NCBI GenBank assembly: GCA_964016885.1
Contig: OZ024741.1
Location: 175,770,001-175,834,000 of the forward strand
Length of the DNA stretch: 64,000 nucleotides
Direction of reading: 5' to 3'
Source of the DNA: Eledone cirrhosa
Taxonomy: Eukaryota
The notes under the pieces are model-generated. The model searched no databases, was not told where the DNA came from, and was given only the letters and a program-made list of their open reading frames with translations. The translations under genes were made by a program, and so were the position numbers. Shown piece by piece: positions 35,586-49,562 of the stretch; positions within the stretch are counted from its first letter, which is position 1, and each line of letters starts with the position of its first letter.

Positions 35586-37432
35586 ATGGCGGAAAAGATG
35601 GCAGACATGTCTGCCATTACCTCTGCCACGCCCCCCAAGTCTGAAGAACAAAAAATAAATACAACAAAATTAGACAACGCAACAAACAAGGAAAATGAAA
35701 AAACAAATGTTACGGAAAATGAGCAAACGGAAAACAAACAAACAGAAAATAATAATACAAATAACAACAAGGCAACTTTCGCCCAGAAAACAAAACAGTC
35801 CATAACATATACACCAATAGACTTAACTGCCGCCAGAGAAAAACTGGCCGAAGCAAAGAAACACATTTTTTGGGGGGAGAACGGAATGTTTTCCATTAAC
35901 TCCCCCCCCCCCCCAGAATTCAAGAAAGCGAGAACAGAGAGCACAATTCTCTTCAGAACAATATTAAACCAAACAAGAAAGCCAGCACAGCCCAGCCAAA
36001 TGGAGATAGAGTTGGTCCTAAAAGACTATATGAAGAATATTCTCTTCATACGAAAGGACCGACTCTATGGCAGCATTTCGGTCTTAACAAAAGACAAGGA
36101 AACGGCGCAGAAGCTTTCCCTAAGCTCACTCTCATCGACAACATACAGCTTCTATCCCTCCTACATGGGTAAAAGAACACAGAGAGTCAAAGTACAAACA
36201 ATGCTGCCCACAATGGACTTCTGGTGGGCTATTGCTGGCTTCATAGACATGGGCGAGGACACAGTGCTGTCAATGGGGAAGGCATCCGGAGATGCGTTCC
36301 TGGGAATGGGCCTCGACCTACTAGTCCAAATGAGGCCCGAAAGAATAGCACAAATCCCGGATCGCATCTGGCTGGATGACCTCACCCCAATAGATATAAT
36401 TGTAGAGGGGAGAAGACCAGCATGCTATTTATGCACGGAAAGGGGACACGTTAAGGCTAACTGCCCGAAACCTATCCCCCAAAAAGGACTATTGCCCACA
36501 CCCACCACAAACAGTACACCAACACCACCCACCTCCAAAAATACACTAATGCCACACACAGCAAACAAAATACAGACACCACCAACCACAAGCACAACAC
36601 AAACATCACCACCACCAGCACCAAACACAAGCACGACACAAAAATCACCACCACCATCACCAACCAAAACACAAACATCACCACCACCATCACCAACCAC
36701 AAGCACGACACAAACATCACCACCACCACCACAAAACGCATTCCAAACAAATAATAAAAAAACAGCAACAAATCTACCCCTCCCGCAAAAAAAAACAACC
36801 AGACACGACGTCCCTCCCACCTAGCGCTGAAGAGTTTCCCCCAACTTCTGAAGAAGAAGGAGAAGAAGCCTTCAGACAAGTTAAAAGAAAAAAAAGAAAG
36901 CACACACCCAGCACACCACAAATAACCCACACACAAACACCAACTCCAATCAAAAACACCCCACCCTCAACAAACAAAAATAGATCTGCGCCTCCCCTCT
37001 CCGAAACATTGACAGCATCACAAAAAAAAGACATTGCAATACACATATATAAATAAAGAAAACAAAAAACTGTTTAAATTAATAAACAATAGCCCTTTGG
37101 TGCAGACCGAAGGGCCAAACTTTATCTCAACAGAGAACTTCACCCATTTAAAAATGATAAAGGTCCCTCTGGACCTTTATCGTTCCTTAAAAGAACAATT
37201 TAGACAGGACGTGAGCCCCCCCTGTTTAAAACCGTTAAATCGCGTCCTCTTGAAAGATTTCCCCATAACCTCCCCTCTCCCTGACACAACTCCAAACACC
37301 CCAACCCCACCACACTCGGGTACCCCCACACCACCACAAAACATCCCTCCACCCAACACACCTGACGCCATGGAAATTACACAACCCGGAGAGGTAGGTG
37401 CTTTTCTTTCTTCACTTTCAACACCAAAATAG
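35586..37432 (+). pseudogene. Tx1 ORF1 (frameshifted near A-run ~36787-36796)
   Basis: CYLCTERGHVKANC knuckle; the downstream frame resumes EEEGEEAFRQVKRKKRKH and the conserved C-terminal domain. Confidence 0.88.
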
Positions 37433-40400
37433 ATCAATTGAGAGTTGGCTGTTTGAACGCGCGTGGCCTGGGCTCAGCTTGGAAGCAAGCAAAGCTACTA
37501 AGTGACCTCAGGTCACGAAGTATAGATGTGATGGTTGTTTGCGAGAGTCGGATCAGCAGCGTGCGACAGCTGGCTCCCGCCTTCGATGACTTTGAGATGC
37601 ACGCATCTCTCTGTCAACCCGGAGGCGGTGGTGGGGGGGGGGGGGGTGCCGTACTGCTGGATAAACGTCTGGCTCTCGACGTACAGATTGTTCACTCGGA
37701 CCCGGGGGGTCGATTACTGGTGCTGGACGTCGGAGGCAGTGAAGGCGGGGCTTTCAGACTGGTCGGTCTTTATGCCCCCTTCGGGGCTGAAAGAGCCGAC
37801 TTCTTCCAGCGTCTGGAGACTTTTCTAGGAACGTCGCGTTCCCTGCTTTTAGTGGGGGACTGGAATGGAATCCTAGATGCGCGTTGGGACTATGCAGGGA
37901 CATGTCCCGATAGAGGGGGGTGTAGCAGCCTCAAGAGGTTACTCGATCGATTCGACCTGGTCGATAGATTTCGACTAGATTGTCCAACTGCGCCAACCTG
38001 GACCTGGGCAAACCGCAGTGGACAATCTAGATCGTACCTAGATAGGTTTTTGGTTAGGAGTAAGGATAGGGACGTATTTAGTTGTCCAGAATTGATCATG
38101 GTTGGCTATTCAGATCACAAATTAGTGACCTGCGTGGTCAACCTTGATATAACGCATAGACAGGGTCCCGGTTACTGGAAGATGAACTTGTCCTTGCCGG
38201 CAAAGACAGATTACAGGAACCGGATTAGTAGCTTAGTTAAGATGCAGTTGACGGGAGCGATCGTCAACAGTAGGTGGTGGGTATCTCTAAAGAGAGAGAT
38301 TAGAGTAAGTTCGATAGGTTACAGTAAGGAACTAGCGGCGAATAGAAATAGGAAGGAAAGGGAGTTAACAGATAAACTAGAAGAGGCGATTAGGAGCGGA
38401 GACGTAGCCAGAGTGTTAGCGGCGAGAACGGCGTTGAGCCAGTTCTTTGACGCGAAGCACGAAGGCTGCGTTGTCCGAAGTAAAATACGTGCTTTAGGAA
38501 ACGAGGGGACCAAAGCTGTTAGCTGGGCCTGCGTGACAGAAGCCAAGAGTGGGATTAAATCCACCATTCGGTCTTTGCGAGACCAGGATGGACGGGTGAT
38601 CCTTGAACCTGAGCGGATGTGCGAGGCCTTTCAAAAGCACTTTGCTCGACTGTTCGGAGGGGCCGGGGGGCCGGACGGGGATGTGGACTTCGGTCCATAC
38701 CTCGACGGTCTACCGCGTCTTTCGAGCGGCGAAACGGAGTGCTGCGAAAGGCCAATCACAGCCACTGAAATCGGGGAAGCGCTCAGCCAATGCAGCAGAC
38801 GCAAATCTCCGGGTCTCGATGGTCTACCATACGAACTTTATTTAGCTATGCCGGTCTTGTTCTCCGAACTCCTCGAGGCTGTCTATTGCAACTGGCAACA
38901 GAACGGGAGAATTCCCTGTTCTGTGACCAAGGGCGTGGTCACGCTAGTGAGGAAGGACGAGAGCAAGGGGGACGACTTAAGTAACTTTAGGCCCATAACT
39001 CTGCTGAATGCAGAGTTACAGATTTTGGCCAAGGTGTTGGCGAAGAGGTTGGCGCTTGTGGTGGGTGGTTTGGTGGGAGACGCGCAGACATGCGCTATCC
39101 CGTCCAGGTCCATTCAAAACAACCTCCACCTCATGCGATACATCATAGAGAGGGTTGGCAACGAACCCGGCTTTGGTGGGGCCCTGATCAACTTGGATCA
39201 ATCTAAGGCGTTCGATAGGGTCGACCATGGTTACCTGGATGCGGTGCTAGCGGCGGCGGGCTTCGGACCCGTTTTCAGGGGCTGGATTTCTGCCATGCAC
39301 AGTGGCAACATCTACTCTAGGATTAAAGTAAACGGCTACCTCTCGGAGCCGTTTCAAATCACCCGGTCCATCAGACAGGGGTGCCCCCTCTCCTCCCTTC
39401 TGTACGTATTGACTCTCGAGCCACTGCTGCGGAAGTTGGAGTTGCTGCGGGGCATACCCCTGGAACCGGGATTGCACAAAGCGGTCTCGGCCTATGCTGA
39501 CGACGTAACAGTAATGGTGGCGGACGCCTCGGAAATCGGGGTGATCGCCACCCTACTGGAGGAATACGAAAAGCTGACGGGGGCTAGGCTGAACCGGGAC
39601 AAGTCAGTCGGTTTGCAACTCGGAACGTGGAGGGGCAAACCGATGCCGTTAGACGGTGTCGTCGGGCGGTGGACGGAGGGCCCGGTGAAGCTGCTCGGGG
39701 TCTGGTTCGGACCGGACCTCCAGGTGGAGAAGAATTGGGGCGAGGTGACGAGCAGGGTGTTTGCGCTGTCCCAGAAGTGGGCCAAGTGCAAACTATCAAT
39801 GAAAGGTCGGGCGGAGGTGACGAACGCTTACATAGCGTCCGTCATCTGCTACCGCCTGACCGTCGTGCCTTGCCCCAAGGAAAAGATCACCATCATGGAA
39901 CGCATGCTTTTCCAGTTCCTCTGGAAGAAGCGGCCTCCCATGGTGAGGAGATCCATCTGCTGCCAGCACCCTTCGAAAGGAGGGCTGCGTATGCCGTGGC
40001 TGTTGATGCGTAGGCACGATTTGAGGCTAAGGAATCTACAGGTATTCCTCACCGGTCAGCCGGTGTGGGCCCCGTTTGTGAGGCGAGCCTTCCCACAGCT
40101 CGTCTCGCTCACCGAGCTGCAATCCTGGGTGAAGCAAAGACCGAGAAAACTGGGCAACTGGCACACCGAGTGTGCCCAGGCGCTCACGACTATCTGACAA
40201 GCGGACCCGAGTGTCAGTGGAGAATCCACCTCGACATTCTATAGAGGGCTGGTGGCTAGCAGGGGCGACGACACCCTTGGAGAGTCGCTAGGCATGGAGG
40301 AGGACGAACTGGCCAGCCTGTTCGGTAGAACTTTCGGCCCGGGACCCATGGACAACTTCCAGAGGTCCCTAGCCTGGCAGTGTTACCGGGGGGCTCTGCC

Positions 40401-40875
40401 CGTTCGAGAAAAGCTCTACAGACACGGGCGCCCGGGCAGGGATCCAGCGAAAAAGATCTGTCCCAGATGCGTGCTCGACGAGGAAACCGTTGCGCATGCA
40501 CTGGTACACTGCCCGGGCGTTGCCGATCTGTGGGGCTACGTCGAACGACTGCTGTCGCGTGTGGCGCCGATTCGATTAACCGCCGAGTCTGTGGTGAACA
40601 TCAAGCCGCCTCCTCCCTTCAGAAATGAAGCAGAGGCGGTCTTTCTGTGCGTAATAGCCATGATGAAAGAGGTTGTGTGGTGGACGCGCCTGAAAGGTCT
40701 GAGGTCGGATGACTTTCTCTCCGGCCATCACCTGGTTTACTTCTTCCGATACCACTTCGGAAGAAGGATCAGGATGGGGAGAGAAGTGCTTGGCCCCAGA
40801 CAGTTTTATGAAAGGTGGGTGAAAGAAGCGAGAATGGCTCGTGTAAATGGGCCTTCTCTCTACATTGTTCTGTAG
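37429..40875 (+). pseudogene. Tx1 ORF2 (APE-RT) with one premature stop
   Basis: The 919 aa and 207 aa ORFs share a frame; TGA aligns to TGG (Trp) in copy 1. Confidence 0.93.
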
Positions 40876-41105
40876 GTGAAGAAGTGAAGAGGAAAGGGGG
40901 AGCGCCTCCTCTCTGGGCTTCCCCCGCGAAAAGGGTTGCACACTTTTCGGGGGTATGTGCAATCCCCAACACGCCCCCTCCCTTTTGAGGACTTTTTATT
41001 ATTATATTATTATTGTTATTCCTTTTTTTCTTTACTCGATTTATGTAAACTCCCCCAGTCTGTATTTGTCCCCTTCTTTTGTGCCCTCGTGGAAAATAAA
41101 TAGAA

Positions 41106-41151
<46 letters not shown>

Positions 41152-41153
<2 letters not shown>

Positions 41154-41471
41154 CTCCGGCCAACAACTGATTCTTTTTTTCAAATACTACTTTGGAAGAA
41201 GAATCAGGATGGAGAGAGAGGTGCTGTACCCCAGCAAGTTTTATGAAAGGTGGGTGAAAGTCGTGAGAATGGCTCTTCGTACTCTTGGAGATGAGGGTTG
41301 GACATTTTTTCGGGGGTATGTGTTACCCATATGAAATGTCTCCCCCTATTGGGGAAAATTGATTAACTTTTCAATTGCATTTGTGATAATATTTTACACG
41401 TTTTTATTGTATGTAAACTTCCCCCTTTGTATTTGTCCCCTTCTTTTGTGCCCCTGTGGCTAATAAAGAAA
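41152..41471 (+). mobile_element. 5'-truncated, internally deleted Tx1 3' end, copy 5
   Basis: ORF2 tail (FGRRIRMEREVLYPSKFYERWVKV) and 3' UTR ending AATAAAGAAA, between TATC tracts. Confidence 0.88.
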
Positions 41472-41473
41472 CA

Positions 41474-41506
<33 letters not shown>

Positions 41507-42017
41507 GAAGCAGAGGCGGTGTTTCTGTGCGTAATAACCATGGCGAAAGAGGTTGTATGGTGGACGCGTCTGAAAGGACTGAGGTCAGGCACCTTTCTCT
41601 CTGGCCAACAACTGGTCCGTTTCTTCCAATATCATTTCGGAAGAAGGATCAGGATGGAGAGAGAGGTGCTGCACCCCAGCCGTTTCTATGAAAGATGGGT
41701 GAAAGTGGCGAGAATGGCCCGTGTGAATGGGCCTTCACTCTACATCAGACTATAGGTGAGGAAGATGAAAGACCAAGGGAGCACCCCTTCTCTGTGCTCC
41801 TGAGGAGAAGGGTTGCACACTTTTTTCGTGGGTGTGTGCGACCCCCCAAGGCGCCTCCTCTCTATTGAGGATTTTGTTAAAAATTTTATTTTTTGTTATA
41901 TCTTATTTTATTTTTATAATTTGTTATTGCCTCCTCCTTATTGAGGACGCCTTTTTGTGTAAACTCCCCCCTTTGTACTTGTCCCACTTTTGATGCCCTA
42001 GTGGCAAATAAAAGAAA
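41507..42017 (+). mobile_element. 5'-truncated Tx1 3' end, copy 6
   Basis: EAEAVFLCVITMAKEVVWWTRLKG...GPSLYIRL plus the full 3' UTR; followed by (TATC)n then (TC)n. Confidence 0.92.
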
Positions 42018-42033
42018 CATATCTATCTATCTA

Positions 42034-42108
<75 letters not shown>

Positions 42109-42349
42109 ATCTATCTATCAATCTCTCTCTGCCCCTCTCTCTCCCTCAACATTGACATGCCCGAATCAGACGATCTTTATCTATTCAGGGTGTGGTAGCT
42201 AGGAATCCATATGTTTCTGGGGACGTGAATGTGGAGACATAACTCATCCATTTTTGTGTTGGTTTTGTTTTATGAGACGGCACTGAATCATCAGGTGCAT
42301 TTAAATGTTTACATGAGATTTCATTATAAAGTTGCTATGGCAACGGAGC

Positions 42350-43110
42350 CCTAACTCAAGCCTAACTGGGATCTGTTGAGACCTACGTATAGTCCTTCGT
42401 TTGCGTGTCTGATTCTAGAAGTGTGGCGTAGGTCACGGAAGAACCAACCACAAAATATCCAGACAACTGATGTACTACGTCGACCATGATTCAAAAAGAT
42501 TAACTTTCTTCTACATACCAGTGAGTGTCTTCCACAGCCTACAGAGAAACCGAAAGTTTCACACATGCATTCACTTTAGATGCACAAACCACAAGACACC
42601 CAATCAATTGATATGTGGCATTCGACATAATTCCATCAGGTTAACCCTTTTCTGCATGCCTGTAACCGCCTTACTTGCGTAGTACACTCTGCCTGTCAGT
42701 AAAGTTTCACAGAAATTGGAGAGGTTCAAGTATCCTGGGACCATTTTCGTGAGTACTGGTGCACAGAACGCTAAATTAAATGCAATGCAGGAGCAATTTC
42801 AGAACTTGGTCATCAGAAGCCAAATTCGCTATCTTCTATTTGGGGACCGTGCCTACCATTAGCAGTGGTCATGAATTATGACTGAAAGAATATGATCGCG
42901 AATACAAGGGTCATTGGAGTTACTCTATAGAGGGTGTAGCTTGGAGATCAGGGAGTCATCACTTCTCTGAATTGACAGATCACAGCCCCGATACAACGGA
43001 CATGTGGTTAGAATGTTTTAGCAAAGAATCGCTGGAACGATTTTGTAGGCAAAGCTGACTGGCAGGAGACCGAGAGGTAGACTATGAGTAAGACGGTTGG
43101 ATAACAACAA
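42350..43110 (+). mobile_element. Decayed RTE-type LINE 3' part
   Basis: Remnant motifs ERFKYPG, RYNGHVVRM and GRRPRGR...RRLD. Confidence 0.6.
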
Positions 43111-44141
43111 TGAGCTGGTCTCATTTAGATATCCAGCTGGATTAAAATAGTTTCTGAGAACTCTGACTCCACAACCATCTCAGGAATAAGTGGTTGAAAA
43201 AGAATTATATATATATATATATATGTTAAAACAATGAAATAAATAATCAAGTCATTAGAGATATACTTCACTGCTTTACGATCGTTTCTAGATGATGATA
43301 ATACATTTTAGCTATACTCCGCTATTGATCTATGTAAGGTTAGTTACAAAAATATCAGATAAAGAGAATATTTACTTACATGCATATCACCAGCTGTTTT
43401 CAAAAGCAATAATAATTTTATACAGAATTAGTAGTATGTTAGTATCATGTCCTTATGTGGAGGTAGTTGAAGAACTAACCAATCAAATTGTTTTTTCATA
43501 TGGTGTTAAGATGAAAAGTAATACACTTTAGTTGAGGTCATGACCCTTTCAAAGGAATGGTTGAATGGTATTAATTGTAGAATTGGCATAAAAATCTATT
43601 AGGAGGAAAGGGATTGTCAAACTGATAGTTGAATGTATCTGGTATAGTGAAGTTTAAAAGGAATGTAAAAATAAATGGTGATTAGTGTTGTATTGAGTTT
43701 TTAGGTGAATATAAATTAAGGCTATGGCTATGGAAGATAGTATATTAAAAGATGAAAATTATAATAAGATAATGAAATACAATAATGCGATAATATACAA
43801 CATAACCAACGCAATATAGTACGGTGTAGTAAATTGCACTTAGTATAATACAGCATATGATAGACTCTAAAATACTATCAATTATGTTTATGTATAAATA
43901 ATCAAACTCAGATAAATAAATGTTGGCATAGTTAAAACACATACATTTCATAGATTCCAAAGTGCATATATCCACACTATATATAGAGAGATACAGTTAT
44001 ATTGATATCCAACAAATATATACATACGCACAAATAGATGCAAACCTAAATACATATTAACACATGTGCACATAACCATATACACACATATCCATACATA
44101 CCTATATCTACACATACACACCTATACCCACATATATACAT

Positions 44142-44176
<35 letters not shown>

Positions 44177-44276
44177 CACACATACAATCTCTCTGTGTGT
44201 GCGTGTATATCTGAGTATATGTGTATGAGTGTTTATATATTAGTGTGTGTACACGTATGAGGTGTGTACATACACA

Positions 44277-44358
<82 letters not shown>

Positions 44359-44471
44359 TTGAAAAAAAAATGAAAACGAAATTTCATTTCTCACTCTTAG
44401 CATGGCACTTACTTAAATGTAAGTATGTATGTATACGTACATACATATATGTATACAGACGTACAGTAGCA

Positions 44472-44526
<55 letters not shown>

Positions 44527-44688
44527 GCATACAGGTACACATACATATATGCACGCATCAGTTTAGCCGACGTTTATTATAACGCCGGCCGCTTTGTTCG
44601 TTTGTTTGTCAACAAACCGAACAGCCTGAATTTATGCCATACGGTGTTAAGGCAACCACGTCACCTTTTTGTTCAACACTGACACAGG

Positions 44689-44733
44689 AATGATGTACTA
44701 GTTTCAAGCTTGTTAGCTATCATCAGCACCGTT
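44689..44733 (-). ncRNA. Type I minimal hammerhead ribozyme
   Basis: Minus strand AACGGTG-CTGATGA-tAGCT aaca AGCTt-GAAA-CTAG-TA-CATCATT. Confidence 0.82.
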
Positions 44734-44969
44734 TACCCATCTGCCAGATAGTTGAACGTTCGAAAGTATATACTTTCCTTTTGAAAATTAACGGCTGAGC
44801 AGCCTAATTTGCATATTGAGTGAGTTAAATCGGTCAGGCATACCGAAAACGATAAACTGAAAAAAAAATGAAAACGAAATTTCATTCCTCACTCTTAGTA
44901 TGGCACTTACTTAAATGTAAGTATGTATGTATACGTACATACATATATGTATACAGACGTACAGTAGCA

Positions 44970-45052
<83 letters not shown>

Positions 45053-45204
45053 GCATACAGGTACACATACATATATGCACGCATCAGTTTAGCCGACGTT
45101 TATTATAACGCCGGCCGCTTTGTTCGTTTGTTTGTCAACTCAGCCGTTAATTTTCATAAGGAAAGTATATACTTTCGAACGTTCAACTATCTGGCAGATG
45201 GGTA

Positions 45205-45249
45205 AACGGTGCTGATGATAGCTAACAAGCTTGAAACTAGTACATCGTT
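45205..45249 (+). ncRNA. Type I minimal hammerhead ribozyme (inverted copy)
   Basis: AACGGTG-CTGATGA-tAGCT aaca AGCTt-GAAA-CTAG-TA-CATCGTT. 7 bp stem I; palindromic stem III ACTAGT. Confidence 0.85.
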
Positions 45250-45383
45250 CCTGTGTCAGTGTTGCATGCTACTGTACGTCTGTATACATATATGTATGTA
45301 CGTATACATACATACTTACATTTATATATATATATATATATATATAAACACACACAAACACACATACACACAAACACACACAT

Positions 45384-45432
<49 letters not shown>

Positions 45433-45608
45433 TAAACGAAGTAATTCCGTCGGAAATGTACAGGAAAAAAGAGTTTATCTATGTAGGTTACAGAGCTTAT
45501 TAGTTACGTAATAAACAACATTAGATAATTATTTCATTTACCAGTGGTTTCTATCACATAACTATATATATATATATATATATTATACATAATACATATG
45601 TGTGTGTA

Positions 45609-45657
<49 letters not shown>

Positions 45658-45776
45658 ATCTGTATTGGGAGACAAAGATAGATGACTGGTGGAATGTAGT
45701 GATACTTATTTTAAATAACACCAGCATCATGGCTGAGGCACTAGTATATATATGTACGTATATGTATGTGTTTATT

Positions 45777-45915
<139 letters not shown>

Positions 45916-45920
45916 ATATA

Positions 45921-46061
45921 TTCTGTACAGAATTAGCCGTCGAAACGGCTTGAGCTCAGCCGTCGGGGTCTTACTTGTTCCTATTACCCACTCTACTACC
46001 CTAAGTATTGAGTACTTTGGTGCGTTATGGTCCACCTGGTTCCTTACCACATCTCCTTCGT
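45921..46061 (+). mobile_element. Hairpin-plus-tail element, copy with only one arm
   Basis: Begins at the palindrome centre TTCTGTACAGAA and matches the 13980-14172 element; (TA)n on both sides. Confidence 0.85.
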
Positions 46062-47084
46062 TATATATATTCATATATATATAGATATACATATATGTGT
46101 GTGTGTGTGTCTATGTGTATGTATGTCTTTGTATGTGTGTTCAAATCAATATAAAGATAATATAGATAGAAATATAGATATATTGCTAAATAAGCGTTGC
46201 CTGTTTTGTTTTTCAGTTATTATTCTAACTTGAAAACCACCACTCAGTTCATATTATTTTCAAACGTTAGTATGTAGTAAAGTTTAAAATATATTTAATA
46301 GAAAATATTAAAATAGCTGCCTGCCACAACCATAAAATGAAACATATTTCTATTTTGTGACTTTTCACCATTGCTTCATATATCATAGTAATAATTTTAA
46401 CTCTTTCAGGCATTCATTATCAATTCTAGTATTTCGAAAATTTATCATGCTCCACGTACTAAAAATAATTACAAAAGCTGCCAGTAACATTCATATATCA
46501 CAACTGTTTTGTCGCCCTCCAAATTAACATTGACGTACAAATATATTGCAACATTTTCTGTAACTCTAAATATTTTCAACAATGTCCAGATATATCACAA
46601 TATTCTAACAACATCCAACAGCAGCTAATCCTTCGCAAATCATACCATTTTCGCGCCCATTTTGGTTTTATCTACTTGTAACCACGGCAAATCATCTCTA
46701 ATCTCTACTAAATCTATGAACGCTAACATTGAAAGCATCCTTACAAAGACAACTCTTATCTGACATAGCAATAGAATATTAAATTTAGGATATCTAAATA
46801 TGAAGAGAACGCAGCATGTTCGTCCCTTCTAGTGTTGATGCACATAGTAGGCCTCACATTCAGTAAAGATGTCGCTTTGCGGAAACGCAACTCCAATATA
46901 GTAAAACGCCATCACTTCACAATGAGTGCTCCGTCTCTTCAGCCATCAACTTCCAAATGTTCAAGAAGATAGTCAACGATATTGATCTTGCTGATTTCAA
47001 GGGTCTTGGATATGCCATGAGCTCTGATTCCTTCTCTTGAAACTGTCAGCCGACAAAATAGAAATGTATCATTAATTATTACCA

Positions 47085-47500
47085 TCACGGATTATTCGCT
47101 TTCAGCAGGCTGAGTATCATATGCACGCATCTCTCTATTTCTTGTGGTGCTTTAAAGCTTATCCAATTATTCACATTATCGATCCACGGAATTCTTGGTT
47201 TTCCTCTTTCTATTTTCTCATTCATTTTCCCTTCTATTAAGAGTCTCTGTAAGTGATTTCTAAGGAAATGTCCTAAATATCGTAGCTCATTTTCGTGTTC
47301 ATGTTGCCTCATGAAACTTCCTTTGTTTTTACCAGCCTTAATAATTCTTCAGTGGTTTCGTGTTAGATCCATGCTATGCTTAACAGCTGTGAGTATACTG
47401 ACATATCAAACACAGTTAATCTATTTGATGCGTGTTCGTTAATGTTCATGTTACAGTTCCACATAGAGCAGAGCATGCATAGCATATTGTAATCTTTTTT
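47085..47500 (-). mobile_element. Decayed RTE-type LINE 3' part (may extend to ~48.5 kb)
   Basis: LRYLGHFLRNHLQRLLIEGKMNEKIERGKPRIPWIDNVNNW. Confidence 0.75.
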
Positions 47501-48064
47501 TCGGGTTTGTGTATTAGTATTCTTTGATATTTATTTGTTGACAATTTTTGACATGACCTAGCAATCTCCATCCTTATTATGGTTTCTACTTTCCATTCCC
47601 CGTTTCTATATATATATGTCAGTTATATTATCGTTGGTGTTTATGTATTTGGCTTATACTCAGTTATAATTATTTTAGGTGACTTTTCTTCCTTGTTGAT
47701 TACAATCGAGGTTACTTTCCTTGTATCCATTTCTATTCCATCGGGTATTTTCTTTTCATACATTATGGATATAAAGTACATCTATGTGAAAGTAAATGAA
47801 GAAGTATCGTTTCCATATGTAAGATTGTATAACTCCTACTAGCATTCCTAACACCACGTCTATTGATTTGAAGATCTCAGAATCTAGTGTAAATATGATA
47901 GAGGATAGTACACATAGTCGCTCGACTTCTGTCTTAAATTTAACTTCTGTGATGTATTCAGTTAGTTCATACCAGCGCTGTTTGATCCCAGTAAATACTT
48001 TCATTATTTGGAAGTATGTAAGTGAGATGGGTTGATAGAATCGCTAGTATACCGGATGTAATAC

Positions 48065-48220
48065 AATATTTCATTACGGTTCCAAAACCCACCGACGTTA
48101 ACTTTACCTTTCCACCTCCCAGAGTCGATAAAGTAAAGTACCAGTAAAGTACTGAGGTCAGTGTAATGAACGCCCCTTTTCCCCAATATTGTTGGAGTTG
48201 TGCTTGTGTCAGAAATTGTT
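48065..48220 (+). mobile_element. Diverged tRNA-derived SINE
   Basis: ACTTTACCTTTCCACCTCCCAGAGTCGATAAAGTAAAGTACCAG core. Confidence 0.7.
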
Positions 48221-48879
48221 ATTTCGATGTATGTGAGACATATCACAAGTTCTGATAGACATTCAATTGGATCACTTTTGAATGGTATTACTCTCCAAAA
48301 TGCTCGGTTAGCATATATACGTTTGAATGGGATTCCCTGTCACATACATTGGTATTGTCTATAAGGCATAGATAAAGAATATGGTTTATGTTCTGATCTC
48401 ATTCGAATGTCGTTCATTGGTTAAATATTCTTCTAGGTGTTCTCATTTCAGTTCTAAAACAACTTTGCACTTGACTAAAACATTGCAACTAAAACAAATA
48501 TACTATTTGAACACAGCTAAATCACTTTTCAATTCTAGTTTTCTACACATCAGAAAATGCCTAGCGCAAATATTTCTAACGAGCTTAGACATGAAATAAT
48601 TGCGAAAGATAAATATGTTAAACCCAACTTAAATAATCTCTCTTTCTCTCAGCTAACAACAATGTATTGTACTCGCAATTCAAGGAGCTCTCCATGTCAT
48701 ACATAGTGTCAGAGTCAAACTCCTTGACAATTACATTAAGACTACAGGTGTCTGTGGAATGTTCAGCCGCTTATACGGTAATTTCTTATAAGTTAATTTC
48801 ACGACCAGACTATTTCATTGATTGAATCAACTCGAACACTCGTCATCGGAACCAACGGAAGTCCAACAACAACAACAAC

Positions 48880-48974
<95 letters not shown>

Positions 48975-49177
48975 ACAAACATAAGCACACACTCATATAT
49001 ATATATAAATTTAAACTACTACCACCTGTGTTGGTCAACTAGCAGAGAACGAAAGGGAGCCTCGGACAGAAACATGAACTTTCCTCTCTAAATATGTATG
49101 TAAAAACTAAAAGTTCTTCTTCTCCATTTTATTATTATTCGTATAAATATACAATTTAACTGCACTTATCACTTCAG

Positions 49178-49215
49178 CCGTTGAAAAAGCATACAATGCT
49201 GAAACCGGTACCACG
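49178..49215 (+). ncRNA. U3-A8 variant hammerhead core, stem I degenerate
   Basis: TTGAAAA-AGCAT aca ATGCT-GAAA-CCGG-TA. Confidence 0.55.
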
Positions 49216-49446
49216 ATTAAATGCGGAAATCCCCACTTTATAAATAAATGTTTTCATATTATACTGAAAAAATCCCCACAGCATTTTCTACTGTCCTTTT
49301 CCTGTTTACTACTTGTTTATATATATATATATATATACATATGTAACATATATATACATATATATATACATATATATATACATATGTTTCCATTCATATA
49401 TGAACACACACGCACACACACGCGCACACACACACACTCACACACG

Positions 49447-49562
<116 letters not shown>

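Larger units (their letters stand above)
35384..41106 (+). mobile_element. Full-length near-intact Tx1-type element, copy 4
   Basis: ORF1 35586-~37432 has one frameshift. ORF2 37429-40875 has an ATG>ATA start and one in-frame TGA (40195-40197). Confidence 0.95.
44360..45264 (-). mobile_element. ~500 bp-period partial tandem with terminal inversion carrying hammerheads
   Basis: 44360-44613 is repeated at 44858-45139. 45139-45264 is the reverse complement of 44674-44799. Confidence 0.75.

Noticed and set aside
23890-40972. Antisense and alternate-frame ORFs overlapping the Tx1 elements
   Set aside because: Shadow frames of GC-rich coding sequence; they recur only because the elements are homologous.
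23610-42040. Array as a recent tandem duplication or assembly collapse
   Set aside because: Copies differ greatly in 5' UTR, ORF1, decay state and truncation point.
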